A stretch of DNA of 64,000 nucleotides from a virus: positions 1 to 64,000 of IMG/VR virus record IMGVR_UViG_3300047560_002412; one strand, written 5' to 3'. Below, piece after piece: positions 39,819 to 47,947 of this stretch. The translations under genes and the position numbers were made by a program. The notes under the pieces were generated by a model. It saw only the letters and a program-made list of their open reading frames with translations. It was not told the origin of the DNA and made no database searches. The number at the start of each line of letters is the position of its first letter. The first letter of the stretch is position 1.

Positions 39819-40087
39819 CTCCAGTAACTGGTGGATGGGTGTACAACGTGGTTGGTACAAAACAACTATATTGGATTAATACAAAAAGACGATGCTCGTT
39901 GTCTGCGCGAGTTAAAGTAATCTCTGAAGACGGCGATAAATCTTTTACCACAGGGTTAACAGAAGAAGATATGGACCAAATACATCAATGGTGCCAATCT
40001 CATAATTGTGGTATTAGAACAAGTTTTGATACTTTCAAATTTAAAACCAAAAAAGAAATGACTATGTTTTTAATGAGGTGGGGATGA
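39809..40087 (+). CDS. Small paralog-family protein
   Basis: FKTKKEMTMFLMRW. Confidence 0.7.
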   Translation: MGLTPVTGGWVYNVVGTKQLYWINTKRRCSLSARVKVISEDGDKSFTTGLTEEDMDQIHQWCQSHNCGIRTSFDTFKFKTKKEMTMFLMRWG

Positions 40088-40299
40088 AAGTAGTTTATCT
40101 CACCGATGAAAAAATTCCGTATGAACATGCCGATTCATATTTTAAAGAAGCTGCTGATTGGGCAAGAAAACAATGCTCTAGTTTTGTAAATTATCATGTT
40201 CAGGATGTGTCAGATGTTTCTTACACCTGCGACCATGTTGCCCAATATCGATTTAACGATCCAAAAGACGCAGTATTATTCAATCTACGATGGAGTTAA
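40084..40299 (+). CDS. Small paralog-family protein
   Basis: FNDPKDAVLFNLRW. Confidence 0.7.
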   Translation: MKVVYLTDEKIPYEHADSYFKEAADWARKQCSSFVNYHVQDVSDVSYTCDHVAQYRFNDPKDAVLFNLRWS

Positions 40300-40361
40300 C
40301 TTGACTTTCTATCCTATCGATGTTATAATTAGATATCGTAAGAGATTATAGAAAGATTCAA

Positions 40362-40817
40362 ATGGCACGTAGTAGAGCAAAACTTACCGACAAGCAAGAA
40401 CGTATTCTAGTTCAAGCCCAGTTAATGGGTTTGACTCCTCGCGATATGCAACAGATTTCAAACCGATTGATTGCACTTCAAAAGGAAGCCGAGGAAATCA
40501 AAAAAATTGGCGAGACTATTCACGGTTATAGTTGGACCAAGACTGATAAAGGTACTTGGAATATTACTACTCCAGATGGATATCTTTGTGAGTTTTCAAA
40601 AGGCCTAAGAAGCAAACGTGATTATTGGAGACGTAGCTTAGAATACAATGTTAAAGTTACCAAACCCGGTACTGCCTTTAAAACTAGATACCTTAACAAA
40701 AAAAGTGTCAGTATACGTGACGATTGGACAGCTAGAATCTGTCCGGAAGGTAATAAAGAACTCTACGGTCTTATTTGCTGGACCCAGGGTTTAAAATGGG
40801 AAATTAAAAATCAATGA
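40362..40817 (+). CDS. Hypothetical protein
   Basis: Follows a TTGACT...TATAAT promoter at about 40301. Confidence 0.7.
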   Translation: MARSRAKLTDKQERILVQAQLMGLTPRDMQQISNRLIALQKEAEEIKKIGETIHGYSWTKTDKGTWNITTPDGYLCEFSKGLRSKRDYWRRSLEYNVKVTKPGTAFKTRYLNKKSVSIRDDWTARICPEGNKELYGLICWTQGLKWEIKNQ

Positions 40818-41071
40818 AAATTGAACAAGCAACTATTGTAGAATTTCTGCCTACTGAGATTTGGTACGAGAAGGATTTCTTTGGAACGGTACATGTCAAG
40901 ATGCAACATCAAGGCATGGACCCGTTCACTTTTATTCAAATGCATTATGACTATGCCTATACCAGCAACGGTCATCAACACGATATGGTTAAACGTATTG
41001 GGCAGTTATTAGGTGTAGAAGATATTCAACAACGCGAATGGGTTATGCCCGATGAATGGAAACAAAAATGA
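40814..41071 (+). CDS. Hypothetical protein
   Basis: Coupled ORF. Confidence 0.65.
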   Translation: MKIEQATIVEFLPTEIWYEKDFFGTVHVKMQHQGMDPFTFIQMHYDYAYTSNGHQHDMVKRIGQLLGVEDIQQREWVMPDEWKQK

Positions 41072-41280
41072 ATGAACTCATTAGAAAGTTTGAAAGAGAA
41101 TCTCATATCGATGTGTATGGTCTTGGTAAAGATCGTATAAAATGGGAAGAAACTTTAGAAAAATTTGCCAAAATGATTATTTGCGAATGTGCAGATTTAT
41201 TTCCTATGACATTCACCGACGAGCAATATCAACGCAGAATTGATAAAACGATTAGAAAACACTTTGGAGTTGATCAATGA
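41056..41280 (+). CDS. Hypothetical protein
   Basis: EKFA..II.EC...I.KHFGV motif. Confidence 0.65.
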   Translation: METKMNELIRKFERESHIDVYGLGKDRIKWEETLEKFAKMIICECADLFPMTFTDEQYQRRIDKTIRKHFGVDQ

Positions 41281-41729
41281 ACGAGAATCAATACGAAGAA
41301 TTTGCTAAGAAGATGGAAACCGAGTATCCACGTATGTTTAGTGGACGCTACGGTGGGTTTGCTGTAGGCAAAGGTTGGTGGCCACTGCTTGAAAAACTAT
41401 GTGCTACAATTCAACGTCACACTGACTGGGCCAATGATACTCGTACTGCTTTGCTAATTGCAAATCCGTACAATCATAAAATTCCAGACGAGTGTCCCCA
41501 GGTTGTTGTAGAACAGGTTAAAGAAAAGTTTGGTACACTACGCTTCTACTATCAAGGTGGCGATGATTATATCAGAGGTGCTGTAAGTCTTGCAGAAAGT
41601 CTAACAGGGCATTTGTGCGAGGATTGTGGCGGATTCGGTGAAGTTAGACATGGCGGATGGATACGTGTACTCTGCGATGTACACGAAGCCGAACATCAAG
41701 CAAAAATGAAAGAAAGGTCTAGCACATGA
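41277..41729 (+). CDS. Conserved phage hypothetical protein
   Basis: QVKEKFGTLRFY, CEDCG, GWIRVLC. Confidence 0.75.
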   Translation: MNENQYEEFAKKMETEYPRMFSGRYGGFAVGKGWWPLLEKLCATIQRHTDWANDTRTALLIANPYNHKIPDECPQVVVEQVKEKFGTLRFYYQGGDDYIRGAVSLAESLTGHLCEDCGGFGEVRHGGWIRVLCDVHEAEHQAKMKERSST

Positions 41730-42019
41730 ATTCTCGTGAACAGGTTATTACATCGATGTGCTATACATTTAGACACGACTACGGTCTTGAGAAAGACATC
41801 GGCAATGGATTCATCTCTGAGCTTACAGCAGGAATGACCAAAGATGAACGTGAATTTTTGTTTCGACAAATGGCACAAATCTATGACAACGATATTGCTC
41901 CCGTTCTAGAAGACTATCGTAGATTAGTAGACGGTGAAGCTGTTGTAGTACCTAAGGATCGAGACCATGCAGAAGCATTGGTTCGTGTTGGCATGTTCTA
42001 CTTGGAGAATAATAAGTGA
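41726..42019 (+). CDS. Hypothetical protein
   Basis: Coupled ORF. Confidence 0.65.
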   Translation: MNSREQVITSMCYTFRHDYGLEKDIGNGFISELTAGMTKDEREFLFRQMAQIYDNDIAPVLEDYRRLVDGEAVVVPKDRDHAEALVRVGMFYLENNK

Positions 42020-42417
42020 AAATTGGATTCAGTCTAGGTCGTTGTATTCGTGATATTGTTATGGGTAAGATCAGCGAAGACGAAGTTGCCTTTATTATCA
42101 CAGCAACCTGTATCCGTGAGCCAGCTCAGTTAGCCCCAGTTATAGCTGAGTACTCATTTCGAAGTGACTATCTTGCAGGACTAGATGAAGTAGAATGTCT
42201 TCGTGTTGCAAAGAGTCTTTGGGATAGCAACAAACTGATTCAGCCACGTCGCGAAGGCATCCATCGCCATAAGCAACCTGAGAATAGTGTTTGGGTTGAT
42301 ATATTTCCTACCGAACTATCAGAGAATGAATCAGTTAAGAAAGCCTGGGATGGTTACCGATTTATGCTACATATGACTGAGAACGTCGATACTGAAGCGT
42401 TGGAAACTTTTAAATGA
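42016..42417 (+). CDS. Hypothetical protein
   Basis: KIGFSLGRCIRDI, GTG start coupled to upstream stop. Confidence 0.68.
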   Translation: MKIGFSLGRCIRDIVMGKISEDEVAFIITATCIREPAQLAPVIAEYSFRSDYLAGLDEVECLRVAKSLWDSNKLIQPRREGIHRHKQPENSVWVDIFPTELSENESVKKAWDGYRFMLHMTENVDTEALETFK

Positions 42418-42710
42418 TTTACTTTAACATCAATATCCGCAACCCTAAGTGGTGGGATCGTTTTCAAAATATCAAATGTTGGATGGGCGAAACTCCTATC
42501 CCGCATAAGTTTTGGGAAGCTCAGATCACAAAAGGTCCTGAGCTATTCCGTATCGAGTTTGAAGTAACGACACAGCAAGACCACGCAGGCTTTAATGTTG
42601 AGTTTGGACTGCTAGGTTATTGCCTACACTTTACCGTCTACGACAATCGTCACTGGAATCATGAGGAACATCGTTGGATGTTCTATACAGAAGAACACGG
42701 AATGCACTAA
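42414..42710 (+). CDS. Hypothetical protein
   Basis: Coupled ORF. Confidence 0.65.
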   Translation: MIYFNINIRNPKWWDRFQNIKCWMGETPIPHKFWEAQITKGPELFRIEFEVTTQQDHAGFNVEFGLLGYCLHFTVYDNRHWNHEEHRWMFYTEEHGMH

Positions 42711-43183
42711 TGAAAAAAATTTATTACGAAAAGAAAGGACGTAGATATGTCCCTGTCGCGGAATATGATAACGACTTTATGGATAGTTTTCCTCGCGGTA
42801 ATCATTTGGTTATGTGCTACCCAGGGGGTTCAAGTCGTCGGTTCAATATTGATCCGAACTATGCGGCTCTTATAGCCGCTGGCCGTGTTGCCGAAGATGC
42901 TATTAGCAAACATATTATGAATGTCAGTGCCCTTCGTGTTCCAGAAAAAAATAAACCGTTAACTGAAGAGCAAAATAAAGCATGGCAAGCATTTAATGAA
43001 GCAATGGGCAATAAGATGTACGCACTTGAATGGTGTAGTTATCGCGAAGCCGCAGAAGCAGGCGTAAAAGCAATGATGGCTGAGGCAGAAACTTTAATGT
43101 TAAACCCTGCTGTTCAAAAGGCATTTAATCATTTTATTTTGGTATGTGAATTAACTAAGGAGCATAGTTATGACTCAAATTGA
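42710..43183 (+). CDS. Hypothetical protein
   Basis: MKKIYYEKKGRRYVPV start at TAATG overlap. Confidence 0.68.
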   Translation: MKKIYYEKKGRRYVPVAEYDNDFMDSFPRGNHLVMCYPGGSSRRFNIDPNYAALIAAGRVAEDAISKHIMNVSALRVPEKNKPLTEEQNKAWQAFNEAMGNKMYALEWCSYREAAEAGVKAMMAEAETLMLNPAVQKAFNHFILVCELTKEHSYDSN

Positions 43184-43550
43184 AATTATTATTTTATTGT
43201 TGGCATTATTTGGAGTAAAACATTTTATCGTTGATTTTTTACTTCAAAGAAAATATCAATATTCAAATAAAGGAATCTACGGACATCCCGGTGGACTTCT
43301 ACATGCAGGATTGCATTCTATAGGAACCTTTTTTTGCTTGGCATTTTTCAACCCGTTTTTTGCTCTAATTTCAGCAATTTTTGACGGGGTAGTTCATTAT
43401 CATATTGATTGGGCTAAAACTAACATAAATGCTCGATTTGGCTGGGGACCAAACACCCACGAAGAATTTTGGTGGCTTTTAGGGCTAGATCAGTTCCTCC
43501 ATTACCTGACCTATATAGCTATTATTGGCTGGGCTGTAGGGGCTTTCTAA
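43170..43550 (+). CDS. DUF3307-like membrane protein
   Basis: KHFIVDF.LQ, H...H, HYHIDW.K, DQFLH. Confidence 0.8.
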   Translation: MTQIEIIILLLALFGVKHFIVDFLLQRKYQYSNKGIYGHPGGLLHAGLHSIGTFFCLAFFNPFFALISAIFDGVVHYHIDWAKTNINARFGWGPNTHEEFWWLLGLDQFLHYLTYIAIIGWAVGAF

Positions 43551-43593
43551 ATAAACAGATGCTATAATCATTACTGAGATAAGTAAGTTAAAG

Positions 43594-44169
43594 ATGGAGC
43601 ATCGTGTGAAAAAAATTGAGGATTTCAATGCTGAAGATCGGATTGACCTAAGATTACTTGAAAAAGGTACCTTTTACCTAAACGGTGAAATTAATGAAGA
43701 TTCCGTGGGGGAATGCATTAAATGGTTAATTTACGAAAATTTAGATTCGGCTAAAGATAAACTTTTAACTCTTTACATCAATAGCACAGGTGGGGATTTA
43801 TATCAAGCATTTGGCTTAATTGATGTAATGAAAGCTAGTCCGCATACAATTCGAATTATTGGGCTTGGTGCTGTTATGAGTGCCGCTTTTTTAATTTTTG
43901 CCAGCGGAACAAAAGGACACAGATATGCTGCCAAACATACAAGTTTCATGTGTCATCAATTTAGTGAAACTACAGAAGGCAAATATCACGATATCAAAGC
44001 ATCTATGAAAGAAAATGAAATCTGCAATGAAAGAATGATTGCCATTTTGAAAGAAGCAACTGGTCTCGCTCCGTCCAAAATTAAATCCAAACTACTACCT
44101 GCCAGTGATGTGTACTTGACAGCCGAAGAGGTTTTGCAGTATAATATAGCTGATAGCATATTAGTCTGA
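43594..44169 (+). CDS. ClpP-family protease subunit
   Basis: LYINSTGG, MSAA (Ser), FMCHQ (His), D.YLTAEE. Confidence 0.88.
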   Translation: MEHRVKKIEDFNAEDRIDLRLLEKGTFYLNGEINEDSVGECIKWLIYENLDSAKDKLLTLYINSTGGDLYQAFGLIDVMKASPHTIRIIGLGAVMSAAFLIFASGTKGHRYAAKHTSFMCHQFSETTEGKYHDIKASMKENEICNERMIAILKEATGLAPSKIKSKLLPASDVYLTAEEVLQYNIADSILV

Positions 44170-44176
44170 AAGGAAA

Positions 44177-44410
44177 ATGATGGAAGTCGTTAGCATTAAT
44201 GTAAAGCAAGACGATCGCAGAAAAGAAGATATGTTAGAAGTACTTGACGTTCTTCGAGACAAAGTTGAATCTGGAGAAATCAAAGAGTTCGTTGCAGCCA
44301 GCATAGATCCAGATGGCGTTGCTAGGATACACGTAGCGGCTTTAGATCTTCCAGGCGGTATTGGATTGTTTGAAATTGGTAAGCACTTACTAATTCAACA
44401 ATCAGATTAA
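44177..44410 (+). CDS. Hypothetical protein
   Basis: AAGGA SD. Confidence 0.65.
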   Translation: MMEVVSINVKQDDRRKEDMLEVLDVLRDKVESGEIKEFVAASIDPDGVARIHVAALDLPGGIGLFEIGKHLLIQQSD

Positions 44411-44449
44411 AATGTTGCAAAAAAGCCACATTATAACCCGCTTTTTCTC

Positions 44450-44562
44450 TTGACATATAAATAAAAAGACAATATAATAAGTTTATTGATTGTGCAGTTC
44501 TCTACTTAATTTTTCCAGGTTTACCAAAAGAGGTTGACAAGAAGGCTAAGTAGTTGTACAAT
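44450..44562 (+). promoter_or_regulatory. Two tandem sigma70 promoters upstream of the tRNA array leader
   Basis: TTGACA-17-TATAAT (44450-44478) and TTGACA-17-TACAAT (44534-44562). Confidence 0.85.
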
Positions 44563-44608
44563 TGATACATGCGTTAGAGATAATGCAAAAAAGGAAAAAC
44601 TGAAACAA

Positions 44609-44749
44609 ATGAAAACTACATCGTTACAAAGACAATTTAAACATATAGCCCAGATGGGAGGCTTTGCGCCCTCATATTGGTCAGTATGTGAGATTAGTCT
44701 ATCTAATGATCGTACACCAGGAACGGGGTCCGGGAGGACGCTAGTGTAA
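44609..44749 (+). CDS. Putative leader peptide (46 aa)
   Basis: AAGGA SD; ends inside the attenuator-like structure. Confidence 0.6.
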   Translation: MKTTSLQRQFKHIAQMGGFAPSYWSVCEISLSNDRTPGTGSGRTLV

Positions 44750-44810
44750 ACAAAATACACAGGCAAACTTCAAAGGACCCCAGGATTAAAAACCCTGGGG
44801 TTTTTGTTTT
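44725..44810 (+). terminator. Terminator with competing antiterminator
   Basis: ACCCCAGG/CCTGGGGT plus T run; GGGGTCC (44725-31) complementary to GGACCCC (44775-81). Confidence 0.78.
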
Positions 44811-44824
44811 GTAGGATTTTAAAA

Positions 44825-44986
44825 ATGGAATTTGAAGATTTTAGAAAACAAAGAAATGCCAAGTTTTTAGCCGAACACGAACTTGACGATGATCAACTTG
44901 AAAAGTTGATAGAAGAAAAGTTTAATCGTGCTCGTGCTTATCACCAGGCATTAAACAAGCAAGAAGACGAAGTAACACTCGACTAA
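44825..44986 (+). CDS. Small hypothetical protein
   Basis: AGGA SD, 53 aa. Confidence 0.55.
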   Translation: MEFEDFRKQRNAKFLAEHELDDDQLEKLIEEKFNRARAYHQALNKQEDEVTLD

Positions 44987-45225
44987 TTGCAAAGTGTTAA
45001 TAGGGAACGCGACCCTGCAGGGCACTCTAAACATCCTGCTACTAATGTGGGCGGCCTACCGGATGGTAAGTCTAGGGCGATAACCTAGATGCGTAAAAAG
45101 GTAGCGTAGTAAAGCAGATTGGCTCCTTCGGGAGGTCTGCCAGACGTCAGTCTGTTTTACTACACACTTTCTATTCGCTCCCTTGACGAGCGTCTAAAAT
45201 CATAGAGGAGAGTGTTACACATTTT

Positions 45226-45314
45226 GGATCGTATTCCCTACGGCGGTCTGTAAAACCGTTGCCATTAATATGTAGGGTGGCGGCAGTTAGGTTCGATTCC
45301 TTTACGGTCCACCA
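45226..45314 (+). tRNA. Non-canonical tRNA-Tyr(GTA)-like RNA lacking D arm
   Basis: Acceptor stem plus ACCA, CTGTAAA loop, TTCGATT loop. Confidence 0.6.
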
Positions 45315-45370
45315 AAAATGTTTGACAAATTTATCTGTAGATGATATAATAAGTTTGTTGAATAAGATTT

Positions 45371-45454
45371 GCCCGAGTGGAGAAATGGTATACTCAGGAG
45401 ACTTAAAATCTCCCGTCGAAAGGCATGCCGGTTCGAGTCCGGCCTCGGGTACCA
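45371..45454 (+). tRNA. tRNA-Leu(TAA)
   Basis: Cloverleaf, CTTAAAA loop, CCA. Confidence 0.93.
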
Positions 45455-45459
45455 AATTT

Positions 45460-45534
45460 GGTTTCAAGGTGTTCATGGACGCACACTGGCTTGTCACGCC
45501 AGAGGACGGGGATCGTTACCCCGTGAGACCGCCA
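45460..45534 (+). tRNA. tRNA-Asp(GTC)
   Basis: Cloverleaf, TTGTCAC loop, CCA. Confidence 0.88.
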
Positions 45535-45608
45535 AGTTGTGTTGCAACTAATCTTAGGGATTGAATGTTAGCCTAAGTTAAAATAACAAAAATCATTCAC
45601 AGAATTAT

Positions 45609-45683
45609 TCCAGGGTAGCACAGCGGTAGTGCAGTTGGCTGTTAACCAATTGGTCATAGGTTCGATCCCTATCCCTGGAGCCA
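45609..45683 (+). tRNA. tRNA-Asn(GTT)
   Basis: Cloverleaf, CTGTTAA loop. Confidence 0.93.
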
Positions 45684-45693
45684 ATTATAAATT

Positions 45694-46257
45694 ATGGATA
45701 CATTTAGAACACTTCGCATATACGGATTTAAGCAACCAGGTACAGAATACATCGTTAAAGTAAATGGTGTTGTAACTGAATTAGGGTCTGATGATCTTTT
45801 TTCTTTTATTACTAATACTAAATTACATGGTAGCAATAACATTGTAATAAATGTATTAGCTGGAAAACTTACAATTACACATTGTTATGCCACATATCCT
45901 GCATTGTTTAATAACATTGAAGGAACAGCAACAATGGTGCAACCAATTGCAGATCCAATTGCTGTAATAGAAAATGGACAGATTTTTTCAGTACCATTTC
46001 CTATTGTAGTATCAGAAGGTGAAACATTTGATTATGAACATTTAATGTTTAATGGTCCTTCAAGATTTAAAATTGCCGTACAAGGATTAGGAATTAATCC
46101 AGGTATAAACGTGTTTATTGGCAATGCTATGAAAAATGAATTTACTCAAGGAATCACTGATATTCAAGTTGAATACGACTATGAACGATTCCCCAATGAA
46201 ATAAATTCTGAAGAAGATTTAAACAATTTAAAATTAAAAGTTTTAATGGCTCGGTAG
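45694..46257 (+). CDS. Hypothetical protein (stop overlaps tRNA-Trp)
   Basis: 187 aa ORF inside the tRNA array. Confidence 0.65.
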   Translation: MDTFRTLRIYGFKQPGTEYIVKVNGVVTELGSDDLFSFITNTKLHGSNNIVINVLAGKLTITHCYATYPALFNNIEGTATMVQPIADPIAVIENGQIFSVPFPIVVSEGETFDYEHLMFNGPSRFKIAVQGLGINPGINVFIGNAMKNEFTQGITDIQVEYDYERFPNEINSEEDLNNLKLKVLMAR

Positions 46258-46324
46258 TTCAGTCTGGCAGAACGTTGGTCTCCAAAACCAAATGTCGGTG
46301 GTTCAAATCCATCCCGGGTCGCCA
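46248..46324 (+). tRNA. tRNA-Trp(CCA)
   Basis: CTCCAAA loop; D stem GTTC/GAAC. Confidence 0.92.
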
Positions 46325-46330
46325 ATCAAT

Positions 46331-46406
46331 GCTCGGTTCGTCTATCGGTCTAGGACACCGCCCTTTCACGGCGGGAAGAGGGGTTCGATTCCCCTACCGA
46401 GTACCA
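46331..46406 (+). tRNA. tRNA-Glu(TTC)
   Basis: CTTTCAC loop. Confidence 0.93.
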
Positions 46407-46415
46407 AAGTTCTAT

Positions 46416-46490
46416 GCACGAGTGGCGGAACGGTGACGCAACGGATTGCAAATCCGCACCATGCAGGTTCGAATCCTGTCTCGTGCTCCA
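46416..46490 (+). tRNA. tRNA-Cys(GCA)
   Basis: TTGCAAA loop, U73. Confidence 0.9.
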
Positions 46491-46492
46491 AT

Positions 46493-46572
46493 GCCCCTGT
46501 GGCCAAATAGGTAAAGGCGGCTCTCTCAAAAGGAGTGACTATCTCTCGGTTCGAGTCCGAGCAGGGGTACCA
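46493..46572 (+). tRNA. tRNA-Leu(CAA), short variable region
   Basis: CTCAAAA loop. Confidence 0.8.
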
Positions 46573-46673
46573 TCAAACGTAGATGTTAATGAACATGCCT
46601 TTTGGATATCTTTGACGAGAGTTCCAGGCATGCTGAAGATATGAATATTTCATATTGTATTTAAAAAAATTAT

Positions 46674-46763
46674 GGAAGTGTGGCAGAGTCCGGTTTATTG
46701 CACCTGTCTTGAAAACAGACGATCAGAAATGGTCCGTGAGTTCGAATCTCACCGCTTCCGCCA
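46674..46763 (+). tRNA. tRNA-Ser(TGA)
   Basis: CTTGAAA loop, long variable arm. Confidence 0.93.
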
Positions 46764-46769
46764 AGTTAT

Positions 46770-46845
46770 GCAGTAATGGAGGGGTAGGCGCCCTGTGCGC
46801 CGCATTCTAGATTCCCGCAAAGGTTCGAGTCCTTTGGCTGCACCA
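46770..46845 (+). ncRNA. tRNA-like RNA (acceptor and T arm only)
   Basis: AAAGG-TTCGAGT-CCTTT, GCAGT/GCTGC-ACCA; no canonical D or anticodon arm. Confidence 0.5.
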
Positions 46846-46849
46846 ATTT

Positions 46850-46925
46850 GCCTCTCTAGCTCAATCGGGAGAGCACCGTCTTGATAAGGCGGGGGTACCT
46901 GGATCGAAACCAGGGAGAGGCACCA
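46850..46925 (+). tRNA. tRNA-Ile(GAT)
   Basis: TTGATAA loop. Confidence 0.9.
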
Positions 46926-47096
46926 AACAAGGAGAACATTATGGCAATACTTGTTGTGTTAGTTATAATGTTCGTTTTGTATCAAGTGTTAAAAAAATAT
47001 TAAGGAGAATGACATGAAACGTGGTAAACGTTAGTGTCACCCTAGATCCCGTATTGGTCTAGGGTTGGCACATTAAATCAATTTAATTACGACTAA

Positions 47097-47172
47097 CCCT
47101 ATCTAGCGTTAATGGTAGCGCACTTGACTCTTAATCAATGAGGTGTCAGTTCGAATCTGACGGTAGGGACCA
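47097..47172 (+). tRNA. tRNA-Lys(CTT)
   Basis: CTCTTAA loop. Confidence 0.88.
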
Positions 47173-47176
47173 ATAT

Positions 47177-47253
47177 GGGAGTATAGCTCAACTGGCTAGA
47201 GCAACCGGCTTTTAACCGGTAGGTTCAGGGTTCAAGTCCCTGTGCTCCTACCA
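47177..47253 (+). tRNA. tRNA-Lys(TTT)
   Basis: CTTTTAA loop. Confidence 0.93.
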
Positions 47254-47337
47254 TTACTATAAGAGAGAACATTACAATGTTGGGTTCGATTCCCCGCCAC
47301 TGATCAGGTTGGATGGTGTCCTAATGTTCTCCCTTAT

Positions 47338-47412
47338 GGTAATGTAGCATAACGGTAGTGCAGCACCTTCATACGGTGTCCAGTGAAAGTTCGACTCTTT
47401 CCATTACCACCA
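47338..47412 (+). tRNA. tRNA(CAT), elongator Met or Ile2
   Basis: TTCATAC loop, paired 1:72. Confidence 0.85.
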
Positions 47413-47577
47413 AGTTTCTGAGATAGACGTAGAGTTTGAGTCCTGCCTAACCTAGCGCAGTTTTGGTCGGCTGCGTGACACCACAGACGGTTATTGGTGG
47501 TCCTAAGACTTGCTCTATCGAGACAATCCAGTGAGTCCTCCCAGGAGGATAGTTGGGCTCTCAGAAAACCTATATTT

Positions 47578-47652
47578 GGGGGCAGCAGAGGGCTGCGGGG
47601 AATCCTTGCAAGATTCTTGACTAGAACGGTTCGATACCGTCGGCCTCCACCA
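47578..47652 (+). tRNA. Non-canonical tRNA-Ala(TGC)-like RNA
   Basis: G3-U70, A73, CTTGCAA loop, minimal D arm. Confidence 0.6.
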
Positions 47653-47658
47653 AATTTC

Positions 47659-47733
47659 GCCCTTGTATCCTTAGTGGTAGAGGTCCTGTTTTGTAAGCAG
47701 GGTGTGGTGGTTCGATTCCATCCTGGGGCACCA
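47659..47733 (+). tRNA. tRNA-Thr(TGT)
   Basis: TTTGTAA loop. Confidence 0.85.
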
Positions 47734-47947
47734 AGTTTTGTTGTAGTGTTAGTAAGTGAAAGTCACTTTTGTTAGTAGCTGGCCAGCCAAAGCAAAAGTA
47801 AACAGAGGGGGGCGCAATACCCTAGCAAAAAATACGTAACTCTGGGCAAGTAACTGCAATAGCGTACCGAGTCCTTCCAGCTGGCTTGATTAGAGGTGAA
47901 TGGTTCCTATAACGATGGTGGAACTACTACAACAAATTTATTTCTGT

